Below are positions 1 to 15,708 of a stretch of 64,000 nucleotides of DNA, piece after piece. The translations under genes and the position numbers were made by a program. Source of the stretch: Sphagnum compactum (taxonomy: Eukaryota); NCBI GenBank assembly GCA_965153455.1, contig OZ234493.1, forward strand, positions 14,746,213 to 14,810,212, written 5' to 3'. Under the pieces are notes generated by a model. It was not told the DNA's origin and made no database searches. It was given only the letters and a program-made list of their open reading frames with translations. The first letter of the stretch is position 1. Each line of letters starts with the position of its first letter.

Positions 1-185
1 ACATTGGTGTCAATGCTTGGATTTGTACAGGATGAATGAACTTTTTCCATGTTTGCATTTATGAAAGATAAATTGTGCAATAGGTTGGTTTACATTTGCA
101 CACAATTGTTCACATGTTTGCACAAGAGTTTTATATTCAAGATAACTTTCCTTATCAAGAGGCTATTACAAGTTGGAAGGATTAG
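1..185 (+). pseudogene. 3' fragment of a hAT-family transposase (C-terminal dimerisation region)
   Basis: Frame 1 reads LGFVQDE*TFSMFAFMKDKLCNRLGLHLHTIVHMFAQEFYIQDNFPYQEAITSWKD*, a decayed hAT 'S.EDERTFS...K.KLRNRL' motif; the TGA likely derives from CGA. Confidence 0.8.
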
Positions 186-1930
186 AAAGTCCAGATTGAA
201 GCTATCACTTTAGCAGGTTTTGTTTTTTTCACAACACAAGATTCAAATGTTCTTGTTTTCATGATTTGGAAAAGTTTGGTGATTGTGTTTGGTTTTTTAT
301 AAGGTTATGAGGTTTACTAACATTTTGGTGTGATGGTGTGATTTTGAGTTGCATTGGATGAAGTTTGATATTAAACTAGGGTTCAATTTACCTTCAAAAT
401 ATGTTTGTGTTTAGTCTTTAAGTTTGAAGTTCTATAACAGTGTAACTTTCTATCTTTGTTTCTCACTATCCACATTCTACACTACTTTTTTTGGTGGATT
501 CTAGTAAGAATTTAAATAATTTGTGGGTGGCATTTCAATTTATTTCTAAAAAAAGTGAATAGCCACTTTGGGCTATTTTGAAATATCCATGTTTATCAAA
601 AGTTAATTCAACAAATGATCGAGAAGCCACCTAACCCTTTGTCAAAATTACATAATATGCCAATTAGGCATATTAGAGAGTAGTCCTATTGCCATTTGCG
701 CACATTTTATTTTTTATTAAAAAAATCTTGAATTGAGGGTGTCATCCCATTTAAAGGAGGTTCAATGTTTTTAAGGATGATATTATATAAAAAAGTACAA
801 GTTTGACCTTACTTGTTAGGTAAGTTATTGCATTTGATTGGTTGTACATAATTAATATTATATAATCTTTATTTTGAATTTTGTATATAAGTTGAAAAAC
901 TTAATATTACACAATTGTTTTATTTTAGATATGTGTAAGGAGGAGAGAACCTCACCTTGTCTTAAATCAAACCAATTTTAAATTCTTTGTGAAAATGATA
1001 AAAACCAGAGGTTTTAAAAATTTATCTCAGAAAATCAATCTCAAGACTAGACCAGAGGTTCCATATAAACATTAAAAGAAAAACAAAGGTAGAACCGAGA
1101 CCAAAGGTTCCTTTTGAAATCAAGAACTGGACAACACTGAAATATAATCACTTGTTGCATGGATACCTAGACTCATACCCAATTGATAAGAAGATACAAT
1201 GGGTACACTAGTCACTATGACTATCATCTAACATTCAACCATCCATTAATGATCACATGGCATTACTTCATTTTGGTTTCCTCCATGTAGATTCTATCGC
1301 AGATTCAACAATTACTAGACCATTCTGCAAAGCAAGAGTGTGATAAACAGTTTTGCTGAAACATTGAGAAGTTTCAAATAATAATTTCTCAAATACAAAT
1401 TGGGTATTATAGTCAACTTGGCAAAATCTACAAATCTGACACAAAAAAAATTAAAAAAAAACTCTAGAAGCAATGTGCATCATATAGTCAGCAAAGCTCT
1501 GCTTTCTTGATAAGAGTATCAAAATTTGTAAAAGACTTTGGGGTCATGCACAATCATATTGAAACCCTTTCGAGTGGCCCGAGTGAACCAGCACCCACCA
1601 ATGCACTGTGAAGGATGACTGGTACCATAGTACGTAGCCTGGTTAGGCACTAATTAATTTGTTTTGGAATTGTCAAAAATGCTGAAAAATACTTGCCTGC
1701 CATGTCAAAAGGTATCTGAAAGAAACTCTCCAGAACACTAGCTTCATTATTAATGTAAATGACAAAATAATATTAATATAATTCAGCATCTCGCTGCCAA
1801 ACCAGGCTAGGTATTCCACAATAAGTCAGGAAACAAATTCTCTTGGGTTCCAGGTAACCGTAGTGGTTAGCTACGTTTCTTTCGCTAGTACCTACTTACT
1901 TGTTAAAAGATGGATAGCAAAATCAGTCCG

Positions 1931-2461
1931 TAGGGTAGATCGACCCATTGTTGATTGTGTGCCTATGATCGAACACTTTGGCAAATCTTTCTCAATTCTT
2001 CTCCATTTTGAGTGATTTAATATTTTATAGGAGCGCCTTCTCAAGCTGTACAAGTCATCTTTGAAATGCAATTTTTTCAAGTTTTCTTAGTTTTAAATTT
2101 CATAGCTTCATTATTTCTTATTCATTTTAAACAATTTAAAGTGCTATAGGAGTGCCACCTCAAGTTCTACAAATCATCTTTGAACTCTAATAGCAACATA
2201 GCAACACCCAAGGAATTCTTTGGGTGTTCGGGAACTGGCTTTTGTAATGTTTGGTGGTTTGTTTTTTAAAGTTCTTGACCTTCTTTACTTTGAAGGGCTA
2301 TAACTTTTTCATTTCTAATCTGTTTTCAACGATTGCTAATGTGTTGGATGCACCAAGAGGAGGGGTTCAAGTTTTGTTTGGACACGAAAAAAATGCAGCC
2401 CTCCCTTGAATCTGGCCTGCCCTGAGCGCTTAAATGTTTGATCACTGGCCGGTCTACCCTA
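1931..2461. mobile_element. MITE (~530 bp) with 15-bp imperfect TIRs
   Basis: Starts TAGGGTAGATCGACC and ends GGCCGGTCTACCCTA (13/15 inverted match). Terminal TA may be the TSD. Internal direct duplication (tataggag.gcc..ctcaag.t.tacaa.tcatctttgaa). Confidence 0.7.
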
Positions 2462-4466
2462 CTTATGTGCAAACCACCACTTATCTAATACCGTAGTAAC
2501 TTGGCAGCTTTGACACAAATCATATTATTTTTAAAAATGCTGAAATCTTCAAAATCAATTAATTATTTGATAAACATGTGTCGAAGCTGTCATAGTAATC
2601 ACCTATTTTCCTACCTATATATATATATATATATTATATGACCTATTTCTTATAGAATGGGTTACCTATACTTCTTACAAATTTGGTGAATTGTTGGAAG
2701 CTATTTTCTAAATATGGCAATTTTAGATTGTTTTTCCCTTGTTGTGTGACGATTTGGCCCATTTTTTTCCAAAAGAAAACCCTTTGTGCCTTTCTCACCT
2801 TCCTTTGTTTTCTGACTAGGTTGCAAAAATTCACCCTCCCCAAAAAACCATGGTTAGTAAGGTGAAACCGGACATCACCTAAGTTGAGCTTCATGAATCC
2901 ACAACTCAGTCATAATGTGAATCCAGTGGATGTGGTGGTGCTGTTGGCTCACTTCTGGCCCTCTTGGACTCTGACTCACAGGCTTTTTTTTGGGTGTTGA
3001 AGAAGAGAAATGAAAAATGAAAAACTAAAAAAAAAAGAGGTGATTTCAGATGGGTTTCAATCACCAGAAAAATGAGACAATAAAGGTAAAAATATTTGCC
3101 AGTTATCTGCATATATTTGGTTTTTAAGTGTGTAGCCATAAATATAGAAGGTTGATTTATTAAAGCCTTCAGCTGAATTGAGAACAAAATCCCTGGATCT
3201 ACTGATCAGAGGTATCAGATCTTGGCTATGGGTCATCTGCTGGCTATGGCAATCAATTCCCCTGGCAGCATATTTGTACACTCGAAGCAGGTTCTAAATG
3301 CTTTGCATGTCTACAGAGTAATCATTTCCCACAAATTCCCATTCTCCAAATGTGTGCAAATGATTCACTTCATTTTGGAGCCCATTGTAGTTGATTTTAC
3401 CCTTGCAAAGTTGTATCTCATTTTGTGTTCAAGAACCGAGCTTCACATGTGGATGGTTGATAAATAGCTAACCTAAAGTGGTTAGCTATTGGATGGCAAA
3501 ACAATGAAAAAGTATCTCATGTCCACACATCATCCATCATACAAGGGTGGCTGCCCATTTTTTTGGGGCGGGCGAATTTTTTGCATTTTTGTGACCTGAA
3601 AAATATGATTTCTACACATGCAAAGGATTTTGTCAAAAAAAATGGCCTAACTTGCCAAGTTTCTGCAACAAGTTCTAGCCAAAATATAGCCAATATATAA
3701 GGCATTAAGGTAGCCAAAATTCAAAGGATTCTTTGAAAAATATTCTTTCATCTTGGGTCTATAGCCAAATTTTGTTTAAATCCTCTTGTTGATGATTGCT
3801 AGTTTGGCCGCGTCACAAAATTGAAAAAGAACACTGGTGGGTGGGTGGGAGTGCCAACCTTATTTTTGTCGGTGAAATTTCAGCAAAAAGGAAATTAAAA
3901 AAAGAAATTAGTAAGTGAAGTGGATTTGGAAGGTTTCAATCATCAAAAGTGAGAAAAAAATAGTTAAAAGATGACATATTTTCTATATTTGATTTTCTAT
4001 GTGTAGGTATGAATATAAAAAGGTTGGTTAAAGATTTGTATTTCATATCTGGTTTATAGCCAAATTCCTAAAAGAACACTAGTGGGTGCTGGTTTACTCT
4101 GGCCACCCAATGGAATGTTGTGACTTCCTCCCTCAAGGGTCAGGAGTCAGGACCCTAGAAAAACCTAGAGCATCAACTCAAAACAAATAATGAGCTCATC
4201 ATGCCATGCCCATAGGAAGAAGGCACCACACTAGTAGTAGTAGCACATGATTATGGCCTATATTTTTTTTACCAATAATTGACATAACTCTTTTATAGCA
4301 GACAGTATCATAAGAATGGTGTATATGCATGGTTTCACATCATGCCATGTTGAAGTCATAATTTCCAAGTTTGCTCTTGAAGTTTGGAAATTGGAACTTG
4401 GCTTGCAATGTTGTCAACTATTAAGTAGATTTAATGGCTACCCATTGTAGATTGTAGTACAGTAAA

Positions 4467-4684
4467 AGGTGTGCATTCACACTTGGTGTTAGGAACTCTA
4501 GTGTTGAGTTGCCAAACACCACCCCTAGTCATTTAGGACTTGTAAACCTACTTACCATGAACATTTTACATTAAGTTAAGATTCACTTAACATTAAGCTA
4601 TCACCCATTTAACAATGGGTGCCACCTAGGATGCCACCTAGATTTTCATTAAACATTGACTTAACATCAAGTGTGAATGCACCA
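4467..4684. mobile_element. Tourist/PIF-Harbinger-like MITE, copy 1
   Basis: TIR GTGCATTCACACTTGGTGTTA / TAACATCAAGTGTGAATGCAC, followed by TAA. Highly similar to the copy at 22913-23125. Confidence 0.85.
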
Positions 4685-7600
4685 TAACTCTGACTGATCT
4701 TAATTTGGAACCCTTATGTTTTGTCAACTCTGAGTGATCCTAATTTAAGACCTGATTTTTTGTTTCCCCTTCTAAACCTATCATTCACCAGCCATAATGG
4801 CCATCAGTCTTAAGATCTCTTTCCCTTACCATTGCTGCCATCACACTTAAGGTTAGCTCCAATGGCCAGGGTTCTTTGTTCAAAACAAGGTTGCCCTCTG
4901 CAATTGACTCCATGGGAAGTCTCTTGAAAGCTCATGAGAGAAGAAGAGCTCAAAAACATTACATTTTTATAATGGGTCAAAAGATAAGAAGAAAAGACTG
5001 GACCTGCAAGTCTGTTGAAAGCAAGCTCCTAAGGAGTGTTTTATTTCTGGGCAGACTTCTACATGTTTTAAAGGGCAGGTACCATTACAAAGGGAAAAAG
5101 AGAGGGTTAATCATTTTCAATTGCGCGCAAATTGTTTCTTTGGGGAAGGTGTAGTCACATTTATGTCTACTGGCTACAATTTTCAGACTTTCTTGAAATA
5201 ATGTCACCAGTTCTTGGTTGAAATTTGCTGAAGGATGCTCGTGACATTAGCCGTCATGTATGAGGCCATGCATACGGGCATCACTACAAGTCACGACATA
5301 GCTCCATCACGAAATGGAAAAAAATTATTTAAAACAAAGATTGCTCCCTAAAGCAGAAGACCTTAAATATTAGAATTTAGAATGGATGAAGGCAAGAAAA
5401 GAAAAGATAATGTGACAATTTATATTACGACACAAATCATAATACATAAGTGGATGAGTGGAAATATAAAACCAAAAGAAAATTTTACCCAATCTTTACC
5501 CTTATTAAAAACTTATCTCAAACCCAAGGCTTGGGTGATGCATTTCTAAAAACCTTGTATTCATATGGCGAGAAAACCTAAACCTATTTTTTAAAAGGAC
5601 AATAGTCCAATCCATATTCAAGTTTCAATTTTAATGAGTGACGATTTCATAGTTTAACTCCAAATCTTATTTCAACAAAAATTTGAACCTTTCATTTGGA
5701 TACTTTAGAATCTAATCTAGATCTTAGACTTAAACATGAACTTAATACCATGAACCTACCAACATTGCCTACAACCATAACTTCATGCATGACTTGCACC
5801 ATTTGGAGCTCCTTATCTTTTCTTTTTTTTTTTGTCCCACATAACCATTAGGTTTTTATTTATTTACAAAGAAATGGAAAGAATCCATTGCATATAGAAC
5901 CAACTTGCCAACAAGACGGATTCAAAAAGATTTCAATGCCTTCCATGGAAACCAAGAACAAAGAGTGGTTGAATATTTATGCAAATGTTGGGACTATTCA
6001 AGCTGGGATCTTGTGCACTAGCAAAGAGTTCAACCCACGGTGGATAGTTTATTGATAAAAGAAGTGACAATTCTGAAGGACATCACTTTACAATGTTGGG
6101 AACTTCTCAAAAATGCTTCACTTATGGGTGAGGGTGGGGTATTGATAGTGATACTAAGGATGTGAAAGTGTGCTTGACTTGTTAAGAATTCAAGGATTGA
6201 TAACTAGATTGTTTTCCATGGTTTTTAGCGAGCTCAAGTTTTACTTGGGTCTTTAGCAATGGGACACAAAGGAAGAACTACTGAAATCATCAAGCTTTGA
6301 AAAAAAGCTTATCAATTTAAAAAGTGAGCTTCAACACAACCTCCGTGATAAGTGGGAATAAGTCCTCCCACAAAACTTCCATGTGAATGAGAAGGAAGTT
6401 TGGAGGAAATGAAAAGTGAAAAAAACATTTGTTTTATACGATCCCTTTGGCAACATGCATTCATGGTCAACATTAAGTGGCTGAAAGCAAATTAGCAAGT
6501 GGCTTGCCCTTCCTACAACCTTCAAACCCTTGAATTGGCTACACACAAGTTTTGGTTATGCCTAGTTGTTCACATGGTGTGCGAGATTATTTTCATCTTT
6601 TTCTTCCACCTTAAAACTATGTTGCACTATGAATCCTTTTGGAAGGCTTTCAAATTGTAGCGGTGTTTATTTAGTAATATGTTGAATAGTAAAATCAAAA
6701 GGTGAATTATCAGCTTATGGTCTTTATTATAGGCATTACCTTCTAGGTTATTTGGGTTGAACAAAATGATATAATGTTTAATAGGGTCAGATGGTAGGAT
6801 GTTAACTTGAAAAGTATCATGTTCCAAGGGGTGCTAGATTATGGTAGGATTGAGCCGTAGAAGCTTTAAAATAAATTGAAAGAAGAAATTAAGAAATTTT
6901 GGAAATTTTTTATTAGGTTTGGTGTCCACATCATGTGAATTATATGCATATGATGGTAGAAAATTAGATGATATTATCAACCATCTAATGGTGGTCATGT
7001 TTTTTGGTAGGCTATGGGCTTGGGTTGATTCGAATGGGGCCCCCTCCCTTGGGCCTTCCTTTGTCATGACCATCAAAGTTGTATTCCATATACTTATATT
7101 TTATGTTAAGTTACAAACCACATTAAAATCCTTTAACAAGGTTCTTCATTCATGTAATCATTTTCCATCACATAAATGCCCAACCTTGTAACCAAATTCA
7201 AATAATTTAGTTTGGCTTTCCCTTAATTGTTTAGCAATAATGGTTCATCATTCATTACATATCAAATGTTTTGGAATCAAATTGAAAATGGCCTAACCAC
7301 AATATGAAGCACATTAAATGTACTTAAAACACCCAAGACATGCACTTATTTAAAAGTGTGGCTTAGTTCCTCAACTTTGCAAAATAGGTTCAAATCATCT
7401 TTTAGGTTTTTAACTCAATTAAGAGACTCATGAATCACACATAAACCTAAATAGAGTTTTAGAGTGATTTGGTTTTGAAATGTAACCAACTCCCCCATCA
7501 CCAAGCAATATAATGGTTATAATGGTTGTTAGGAGTTTATAAACATGTGTGTGTGACCATCTAATCAGGGCTTACATTTGCAATTCCAAAGTTTAAAATT

Positions 7601-10190
7601 TGAGCTAAAAATTAGTTCCTAATTAACCATAGTGAGAATCCAAATGCTTTGATTAACTATTATATCATGAGTTACAAGCCATAACTTTTGATGTTCATTT
7701 CATTAGTGACCTATTAGTTCACGCATAGTACCACCCTCAGTTATTTTTTACCCAAAAAGTCATATCTTTTAGTTTCTTGGATGAAGATGTAGTAATCACC
7801 ATTTTTGTGGATGAAAAAAGGTCATCTTCATTCTTAGTATGATTAGTTATGTTTTGTAATTAAGTGACCTCACTCTAAAGTGCCCATAAACTGATATAAA
7901 ATGGTAGTTTTTCTTTTGCACCCTTATTATAATTTGTCCAAATCCAATTGTTTTTAATTTGAAAAAAAATTATATTTATGACTTTTATATAATCTACTTT
8001 TTTACATTTTTGAAATCGTGTGAAAACTAATGGGGAACTTTTAAAAAAATTGCAAACCTTACAATATTTGTTTTTGTAACAATACATAAAAAAGTTGTAA
8101 ATGGAACCATCATTGTCATCATTTGTAAGTGTTGACTCATTTATTAATATTCAAAATTCATAAATGTTATAAGCAATTCAAAATAGGAAAATCCATCCAT
8201 TTTCATTATGACATGGAAGTATTAAGGACTTTTGAAGGCATTAGAAGTTTAAAATTTTGTAAACTTTTTTTCAACATGATTTTTTCTGAAATGTTTTTAG
8301 TTTTATTCAAAAATCTTATACCTTAAGATGTTCAAGAGGTTTAATATTCATTAACTTTTTGAAAAGATGATTATTTTGCCCCAAACATAGGCATCCCAAA
8401 TTTGGTGCTATCAAAATACACTACAAAAATGGACTAAGGATTCCACATTTACACATTTTGGCATTTTAGAATGCTTTTACCCAACCAGCTCAAAGTTTTC
8501 ATTGGTTACTTAATCCATGATAAATATTTTATTAAAGACCATATTATTTCTTGTTACTATCATACCTATGATTCATAATCAATAAATTTTGTTAAAATAT
8601 TCAATTTTGTTGGCACAAAAAGAGGTTATGATAGCCCCATTTTAAATATTTTAATATTTAAATAACTGAAAGTATAAGTTTAGAAGTTTCCTTTGCATTT
8701 TGAATTTATTATGGTAACCTTGTGAGTGGATTGCTCCATATACCAATGTGGGTTAATTATCAATGTTTGAAATGTATATTAGGCCAGTCTTGGTATTAGA
8801 CATTTAAAAAAAAATTCATACCAACCTAGTCCTAATATTAGGTCCAAGACTTTTTGTTAGTATATATGTGGTATTGAAATTGATATAACATCAATATTAC
8901 CTAATATCCTTGGGTCCATTCATGATTGGGGTACCAAAAAGGAGTGTCTAACTGAAAAAGGACTACAAACAACTTTGGATTTTTGTTTATTTTACATTAT
9001 TATAACTGTAATGAATTTTTGTATGCCAATAGATAAAATGATGTCTTCTTAAATAAATAAGAATATTTAAAAATAATTTGTATGTTAATATCCTTTTGAG
9101 TCTTGTAAACTAAAAGAATCAAGTGTTTAAATTACATTTAAAAAAAAGTAATCAAAAGGAAGGCATAAAATCATACAATTGATTTCAAATTTTTTGTACA
9201 ATAAAAACATGCCCCCACTATGAAAATACATGTTCATTGAATGAACTTGATGAAAAACCAAATCATTCAAAATTTTCAAAGTTTTGAAATTTTGAAGGAA
9301 AATGCTACGAGATTAAGTACTCATTTTTTAAACCATTTGATAAAAAATTATATTTAATGGGTTCAAAATGTTTAGCTTTAGATGTAGGTCACATGTGAAG
9401 GAAATAAACATGCCAAAAAACATGTTTGGTTGTCATTGAAATTCATTTTGCTATTTTTTGGGATTTTTTGCATTTTTGGCATTAAACTAAAATATTCATA
9501 CACAATTCATTTATGATTGTGAAAAATCAGCATTAACACATGAATTATCTTATATTGGACTATTTAATTTTTCTCACTTAAGTTTGTTTCATGTAAATGT
9601 TATTTGTAAAAAGTAGCTCTGAAAATTCCTTAAGTCCTTTTTTCTTTTCTTGGTACCCCAACCATGAATGGACCCCCCTATCAGGTTAATATTAATACAA
9701 AATATTGTTTCAAATCATGTTGGCCTAGTAGGGTCCTTGATATTAAAATTCATTACAACCATGGAGATAAAAGAAGAAATCAAATCTATTGACACTCCAC
9801 AAGAAAAGAAAAAGATTCATGTGATCATGCATATTATATCTAACCCATCCTAGAAAACATATGATGGCTTGGAGAGGAGTTTTTGGAGTTTTTTATTTCA
9901 TGGTTACAATTGGTAAGTTTATCATAGTCAATGCCATGGTAATTACACACCACCTTCGTTACAAAACTAGAAACATTATTTCATTCATAAGACTTGTGTC
10001 GATGGTCACAACCACTATTAAAATTTCAATCCATTCAAGTTTAGTGACTTACTTCCTTTTCCATTTGAAACACTTTCTCACTTCAAAAGGATTCGCCCAA
10101 TTCCTATAAAAGTATGAACATTGTGGTTGTTATAAACATCAACTTTCTTGCCCTAAAACCTTTTCATTTTCATTTTAAATGGTTGCATTA

Positions 10191-11554
10191 CACTAGAAAA
10201 AAATTGTGTTGTTTGCAACCCACCCACTTGCAGCTGAATGCAACTAGTTGTCCTATGCAACTCAAGTGATTACATGTGTAATTACATTTGAATTTTAGAT
10301 GATTTTTGGTCACCTTTGTAGCAATGGTCTAACTGATTTTTCTTTCATCCTTCAAAATGGATGACTTTTACACTTTGATTATATGTTACCATACATACAA
10401 TATCATATTATACATTTGATTTTACACAAATATGTTACCAATGAACTTGAACTCCAAAACTCAATTTGGTTTTCTTTGCTTAAACCAAATAATGACCCCT
10501 TCATTTCAAAAGAACATATCTTGCCCATTTCAAAACCAATTTGAATGATTTTTGTTGCTTTGAATGCATTAAGTGTAGAATACAAAATCTTTTTGAGGCT
10601 CAAGGACAACCAAACAATGACCAAAGATCTTGAGCTTCAAAACTGGTTTTATTAGCCTAAACTAAATAATGACCCCCTCCACTTCATAAGAACATATTTT
10701 GCTCAATTCAACATCAATTTGAATGATTTTTGTGGCGTTGGATACGTTAAGGTGTAAATCAAAATTTTTATAGTATTCCGCATCTCGCTTGTTTTTAATT
10801 TAAGCAAGGGACAAAAAAAAATCCTACAAGTTTTTTTTGAGGCTCAAGGACAATAAAGCAATGACCAAAGATCTTGAACTTCAAATCACAAACTGGTCCT
10901 ATTAACTTAAACCAAGTTGCAATTAGAATGTAACTATAATCCTTACCCAATATTGGTTGTCATAACTTTGAAGCTTGTAAATTATTTATTTCTAGGTGCT
11001 TTATTTCAAAGAACAAGTGGAATTGGGATGAACGAAAAAAAATTTGACCTTAAATGCTATAACCAAATTTTCTTTGATAAAAAGTTGTAAATTTACCTTT
11101 TGAGATAAGATTTACATAATTACTTAAACCCATTCATTTATTGACCTACTTATTTAAGCCACCTACCCCCCCTACTTAGGCCTATATATTTACCTACCTA
11201 CTTAACTAAGTGCCACATGTCAACATTTTATAAACCTTATATCGAATGGCCTAAATATGCTTAATTAATTAAAATAATAAATGTGAATGGGCTTAAATGC
11301 CATGTGTCATGAAATGGTTGGTTTTAAAATGGACATGTCATTAAATGATTGGCGTGAAAATCATTTAATTGCACATGTAGTTGTATATGCAACCTGTTGT
11401 ATGAATATGAATGGATGAAAAGTACAAACATACTATATGTACATCGTATGTACAATATGTCATATGTAATTTAGCCAAAAATTAGTTGCATGCAACACAT
11501 GCAACTAAAAATTAGTTGCATTCAATAGTTGCAAATGCTAGTTTTCTTCTAGTG
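10191..11554. mobile_element. Non-autonomous CACTA (EnSpm) element, 1364 bp
   Basis: Begins CACTAGAAAAAAA and ends TTTTCTTCTAGTG. Subterminal TGCAAC/GTTGCA repeats at both ends. 3-bp flanks TTA/TTG. Internal ~180-bp tandem duplication (~10480-10910). Confidence 0.8.
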
Positions 11555-14500
11555 TTGTTTGCCTTTTTTTGGGGTCTTGCATACCCACATAATTGCCCAT
11601 TTTAAGTTCTAAAGAGAATTGTGTGATGGTCAGAAATTTAAACTTTCATTTGTTGTTTGAAGGAAGGGGAAGAGGGATTTGTGTTGAAGACTCCTACAAC
11701 CACCCATGTCATTCATTAAATTTCAAGAAAATGAATTCTCAATAAAAATGTTGTTCTGAACTCTCCTTCATTCATCCAAGGAAATTACTATCTTCAAGTT
11801 TCATTCATCATTCAAGGAAATGTTCTTAAAAAAAGTGGTCTTGAAGTTTTATAAACCATTTTTCATTCATTCAATGAAGGCCTAACATTTCTTCCTCACT
11901 AAAAAAGGTTCAAGGAATGGCTTTTTAAAGCTTGAGTTAGTTAATAACCTAGGAAAGGAAAAATATTAACTTGATTCACCCCTCTTATGGAGAATAATTC
12001 TTGAACATTCTCCGCCAACCCATCATTGTTGAACAAAAAAATATAAATTGTCATTGTATTTTTTTTAAATGAAAAAATCTAAGATCCTTTAATTAATGTT
12101 GTCCATGTAAATGTAAATGGTCATGAAACATGTGTAAGAAAATGCAAATGTAATTCATTTACATTTACATGCCCAAGTTTTTACACAAGTACACTTCCAT
12201 TTTCTTCCAAATATATTTTGGGTTTTACATTTACACTTGCATGGTGTATGTATATATTTCTAAATACACTTCCCTGATGTCATGCATATGTTTTTTGTAG
12301 TGTTAGTGTAAATTATGGTGCAATACCTTCATTATATTACAAACTTTATTATTATAAATATGCATATATATATATATTTTGGGTTCTCTCTCCAAGATTC
12401 AAAATGATTGTGGAAATGGAATTGGTTCAAAAAAGAAAGAATGAAAAAAGAAGGGAAAAGGGGCAAATGATAGTGACCACGAAAAAATAGGGAAGTAGAT
12501 AGGAATGTAGGAATGATACCTTGCAAAGTCCCTTTCATTGTGGTCTTGTGAACTCCCCCAACATTGTTTTCCTTTGTTTAGGTTTTTTTGTAAGTACAAC
12601 TAGTGGTGTTGTTGTCATCTTGCACCTCTTTGATTTGTTGTGCACTTCAACAATGACCTGTTTTAGGTGAGCTTCTTACTCCTTACCATCCTTGTCATTG
12701 TGTCCCTTTCTTATGGTTGTATTGTAACTCCCTACAAGCCATCTTCCCTGCTTGGACCAATACCAAACAAAGGGGATGTGAGTGTAATGAAGGGAGACCA
12801 TCCGTGTCAATAAAATTCTAGATAGGATGTGTGTTGGAATATGAACTTTAACATCATGTTTTGAAGGGACTCCATACTTTAGTTAATGACTTGTTCAAGT
12901 GAAGAAAAACAAGCATGAATTGATAAGGGGGAAATTATCAAGTATTTCAAAAATTACATTTAAGTTAGAGGGCAACTATGTTGATATAATTAAAATATTA
13001 ATAAGGAAGAAGTTTGATTGTTGTTTTGAGAAGAGCATGGATGAATGTGGTCTAAGGAAGAGAAAGTGAGTTAAAGTGAATAAAAATGCCTTCCATCTCC
13101 ATCTCTAGTTTAATCTAGTGTTATATCATATACCTACCCAACTGTGTAGTAGCTTTGAAAGAAGTGTTGACTAATTCTGACCTGGTGCAAATTTATGAGT
13201 CCTTTGGGGGTTGCAATCTAACTTTCAAGAATTAGGGTCCCTATAATATCCCTTACAAGCCATAACTACTCTGCTGCTTCCTCCAACAACTATTTCCTTT
13301 TTCATTGATGAGTTTCACTAGTGGGACCTTCTACAGTTGGCCCAAGTATTCAAACTGTCTCCTAACCCATCCCAATACTATTCAAGTTGAAGTGGGTTTA
13401 ACTTGAGAGTTCTTGTGGAAAAAAATATTTAAAAAGATTTAGAATTGATTTTCAAAGACAAAAAAAAATCACTCTACTAAATGCAATAAACTTTTGCTCT
13501 GTTGATCCAAAAATTGTGGAATGACAAAAGTGCACAATAATGCCTCATCAAAGAGTTTCTCATGGTGTCAAAAAAGAAGAGTGCCCTCCGACAGTTTGGG
13601 AGGGTAGGGGAATGGTCACATTCCAACAAATCAAATAAGGGGTGTGTCACACTATGGCCTTGCCATTTACATTAAAAAGTATCTTAATGCAAACGAAGAA
13701 TTATGAAAACCCAAATATTTCACCATGCCAAAATATAATCTTCAAAAAATACTCTAAAGAAGAAACCAAAATCCTTCAAGATGTTATAACTCTAAAACTA
13801 ATCTCAAGTTCCAACACAAGCCAAAATATCATCTTTTCAAAAATCCTCATATAAAAAATAGACCTATTATTACCTAGGGACCAAAATCCCTTAAGCTACA
13901 ATACTCTATAATGAATCTAAGATTCTAAACACAATCTCCTTGCCTTGGTAGGTTTAAGGCCAACAAAAAAACAAACACCTATCTTAGTTATTTATTTATT
14001 TATATTAATATATAGAGGAGCCAAGCTGCCTTAGTTGGGTTTTTGACCTAAAATATGAATTTGTCAAATTGGTTAACAGCTTCCAAAATCCCCCCCCTCC
14101 CATCAACCCAGTGGAATTTGAATCTGACTTCATATTGACAAAGCTCAGAAGAAAGATGGGTGAACAAATCATCTTTCATATTTGGTTGTTGAAATTGCTA
14201 TAATAATAGTCACACTGGTGAGTGAGTGGGCCCAAATTGCAGTGCCCCCAAATAACTTTCATCCAATTAAGATCATTGAACTGTTCAACCCATGTTAGGC
14301 TATCTCAGGAGGCCATCATTCTGTTGTGTGTCAGGAGAGCTTGATGAAGATGATTTAAGTTTTGACATGCTTAAGAAGTTTTGGAACCATTCATATGGAT
14401 GGGTTCTTTTGAATCCATGTAATGGATTTTAATACACCATAATGTGGTATCATGCTTTACAGGACTGCACAGAACATACTTATAATCCAAACATTTGACA

Positions 14501-15270
14501 AATGAAAGAAAAAACAAGCCTAACAACAAAGACCCACCTACTAATATTGAGTTGTTAAAATCTATTCATTCATCCCTCCTCAACAAACATCCCGAAATTC
14601 ATTTACATTCATGAGGGTTAGTTAGTTATTAGTTGGGTTTCTAAGACCTCAATAAACCAGTTACTAGTTATTTCTAGCTCTCTTTACACTGTATATTTAA
14701 CCAAGGCCTCATCCCTAAAGGGTCACTCTTGTGTTACTTGAGTGAGTCAGGTTTTGCATGAGTTAGTTACAAGGCATGTTTTGAAACACACAGTATACAC
14801 ATGTCTTTGATGTTTCAAACTCTATTTGAACTTTTACGAGAGCTTAAGAGCATCTCTACCCAGAGCAATATGGTGAAATTTTGCCAAATTTTGACCTATA
14901 CAAAGGGTTTTTCATAGAAAAGATAGCCCAAATTCTTCAGGTTTTGAAGAATGTTTTTTTTTCAAATTGCCAGATTTTTATGATAAGTTTTGGTACATAG
15001 CCAAGAATATAGAATTTTATTATTTTATTTTTTTTCCTACTTTCATATCTCACATAAGGAAAATTGGGCTAAATTGTTTTATGGACAAATGCACTTTGCC
15101 TACATCACAAAATCCTTTATAAAAAAAAAACCCTTGACGGTGACTTCTAAAGAGTACTTTCAATGAAGTATATAGCATTTAAATAGCATGAAACTGAAAA
15201 TTTCTAAATTGAGCCCCCGCAAAAGAAAAACTCTTCATGGAAGTAGATGCCATGACAAGGATAAGGATTG

Positions 15271-15306
15271 CTAAACCCCAAACCCTAAACCCTAAACCCA
15301 CAACCC
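15271..15306. repeat. Short interstitial telomere-like (CCCTAAA) tract / telo-box
   Basis: ctaaaccccaaaccctaaaccctaaacccacaaccc. Confidence 0.6.
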
Positions 15307-15708
15307 ACAAATTAGGGCATTGTGACACAAATTACTTACGACATGATGACAAGAGCAAACAATTTGTCATTGACACAAAGTCACACAAGGATTCATAGAA
15401 TATAGGAAGCAGAGTACCCGGCAGGATATAATAGGGAGAATTTGTCAAACCCTTTTGTCCCCTCTATTCGTAGGGTGGGGGGAACAAACAAGCACGGATG
15501 ATGGCCAAGTGTTTTGATTGGGTGGATGGAAAAGCTCCGCATCTACTTCCCCCCTCCCCTCACACAAAACATAAAAGGGCCATTGAACATAAAAAGGGGG
15601 CCATTGTTGTGAGTTCATCTGAACCTCGGGATACGACATATGACCCTATTGTTGAAACTTTGAAGGATACGATTCTCAATTATTCCCGGAAAAGGCAAGG
15701 CTTATCGA

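Noticed and set aside
5500..7400. Degenerate coding-like sequence (also 47600-48250 and 51150-54200)
   Set aside because: Probably old TE ORF remnants, but I could not identify a diagnostic motif with confidence, so no family is assigned.
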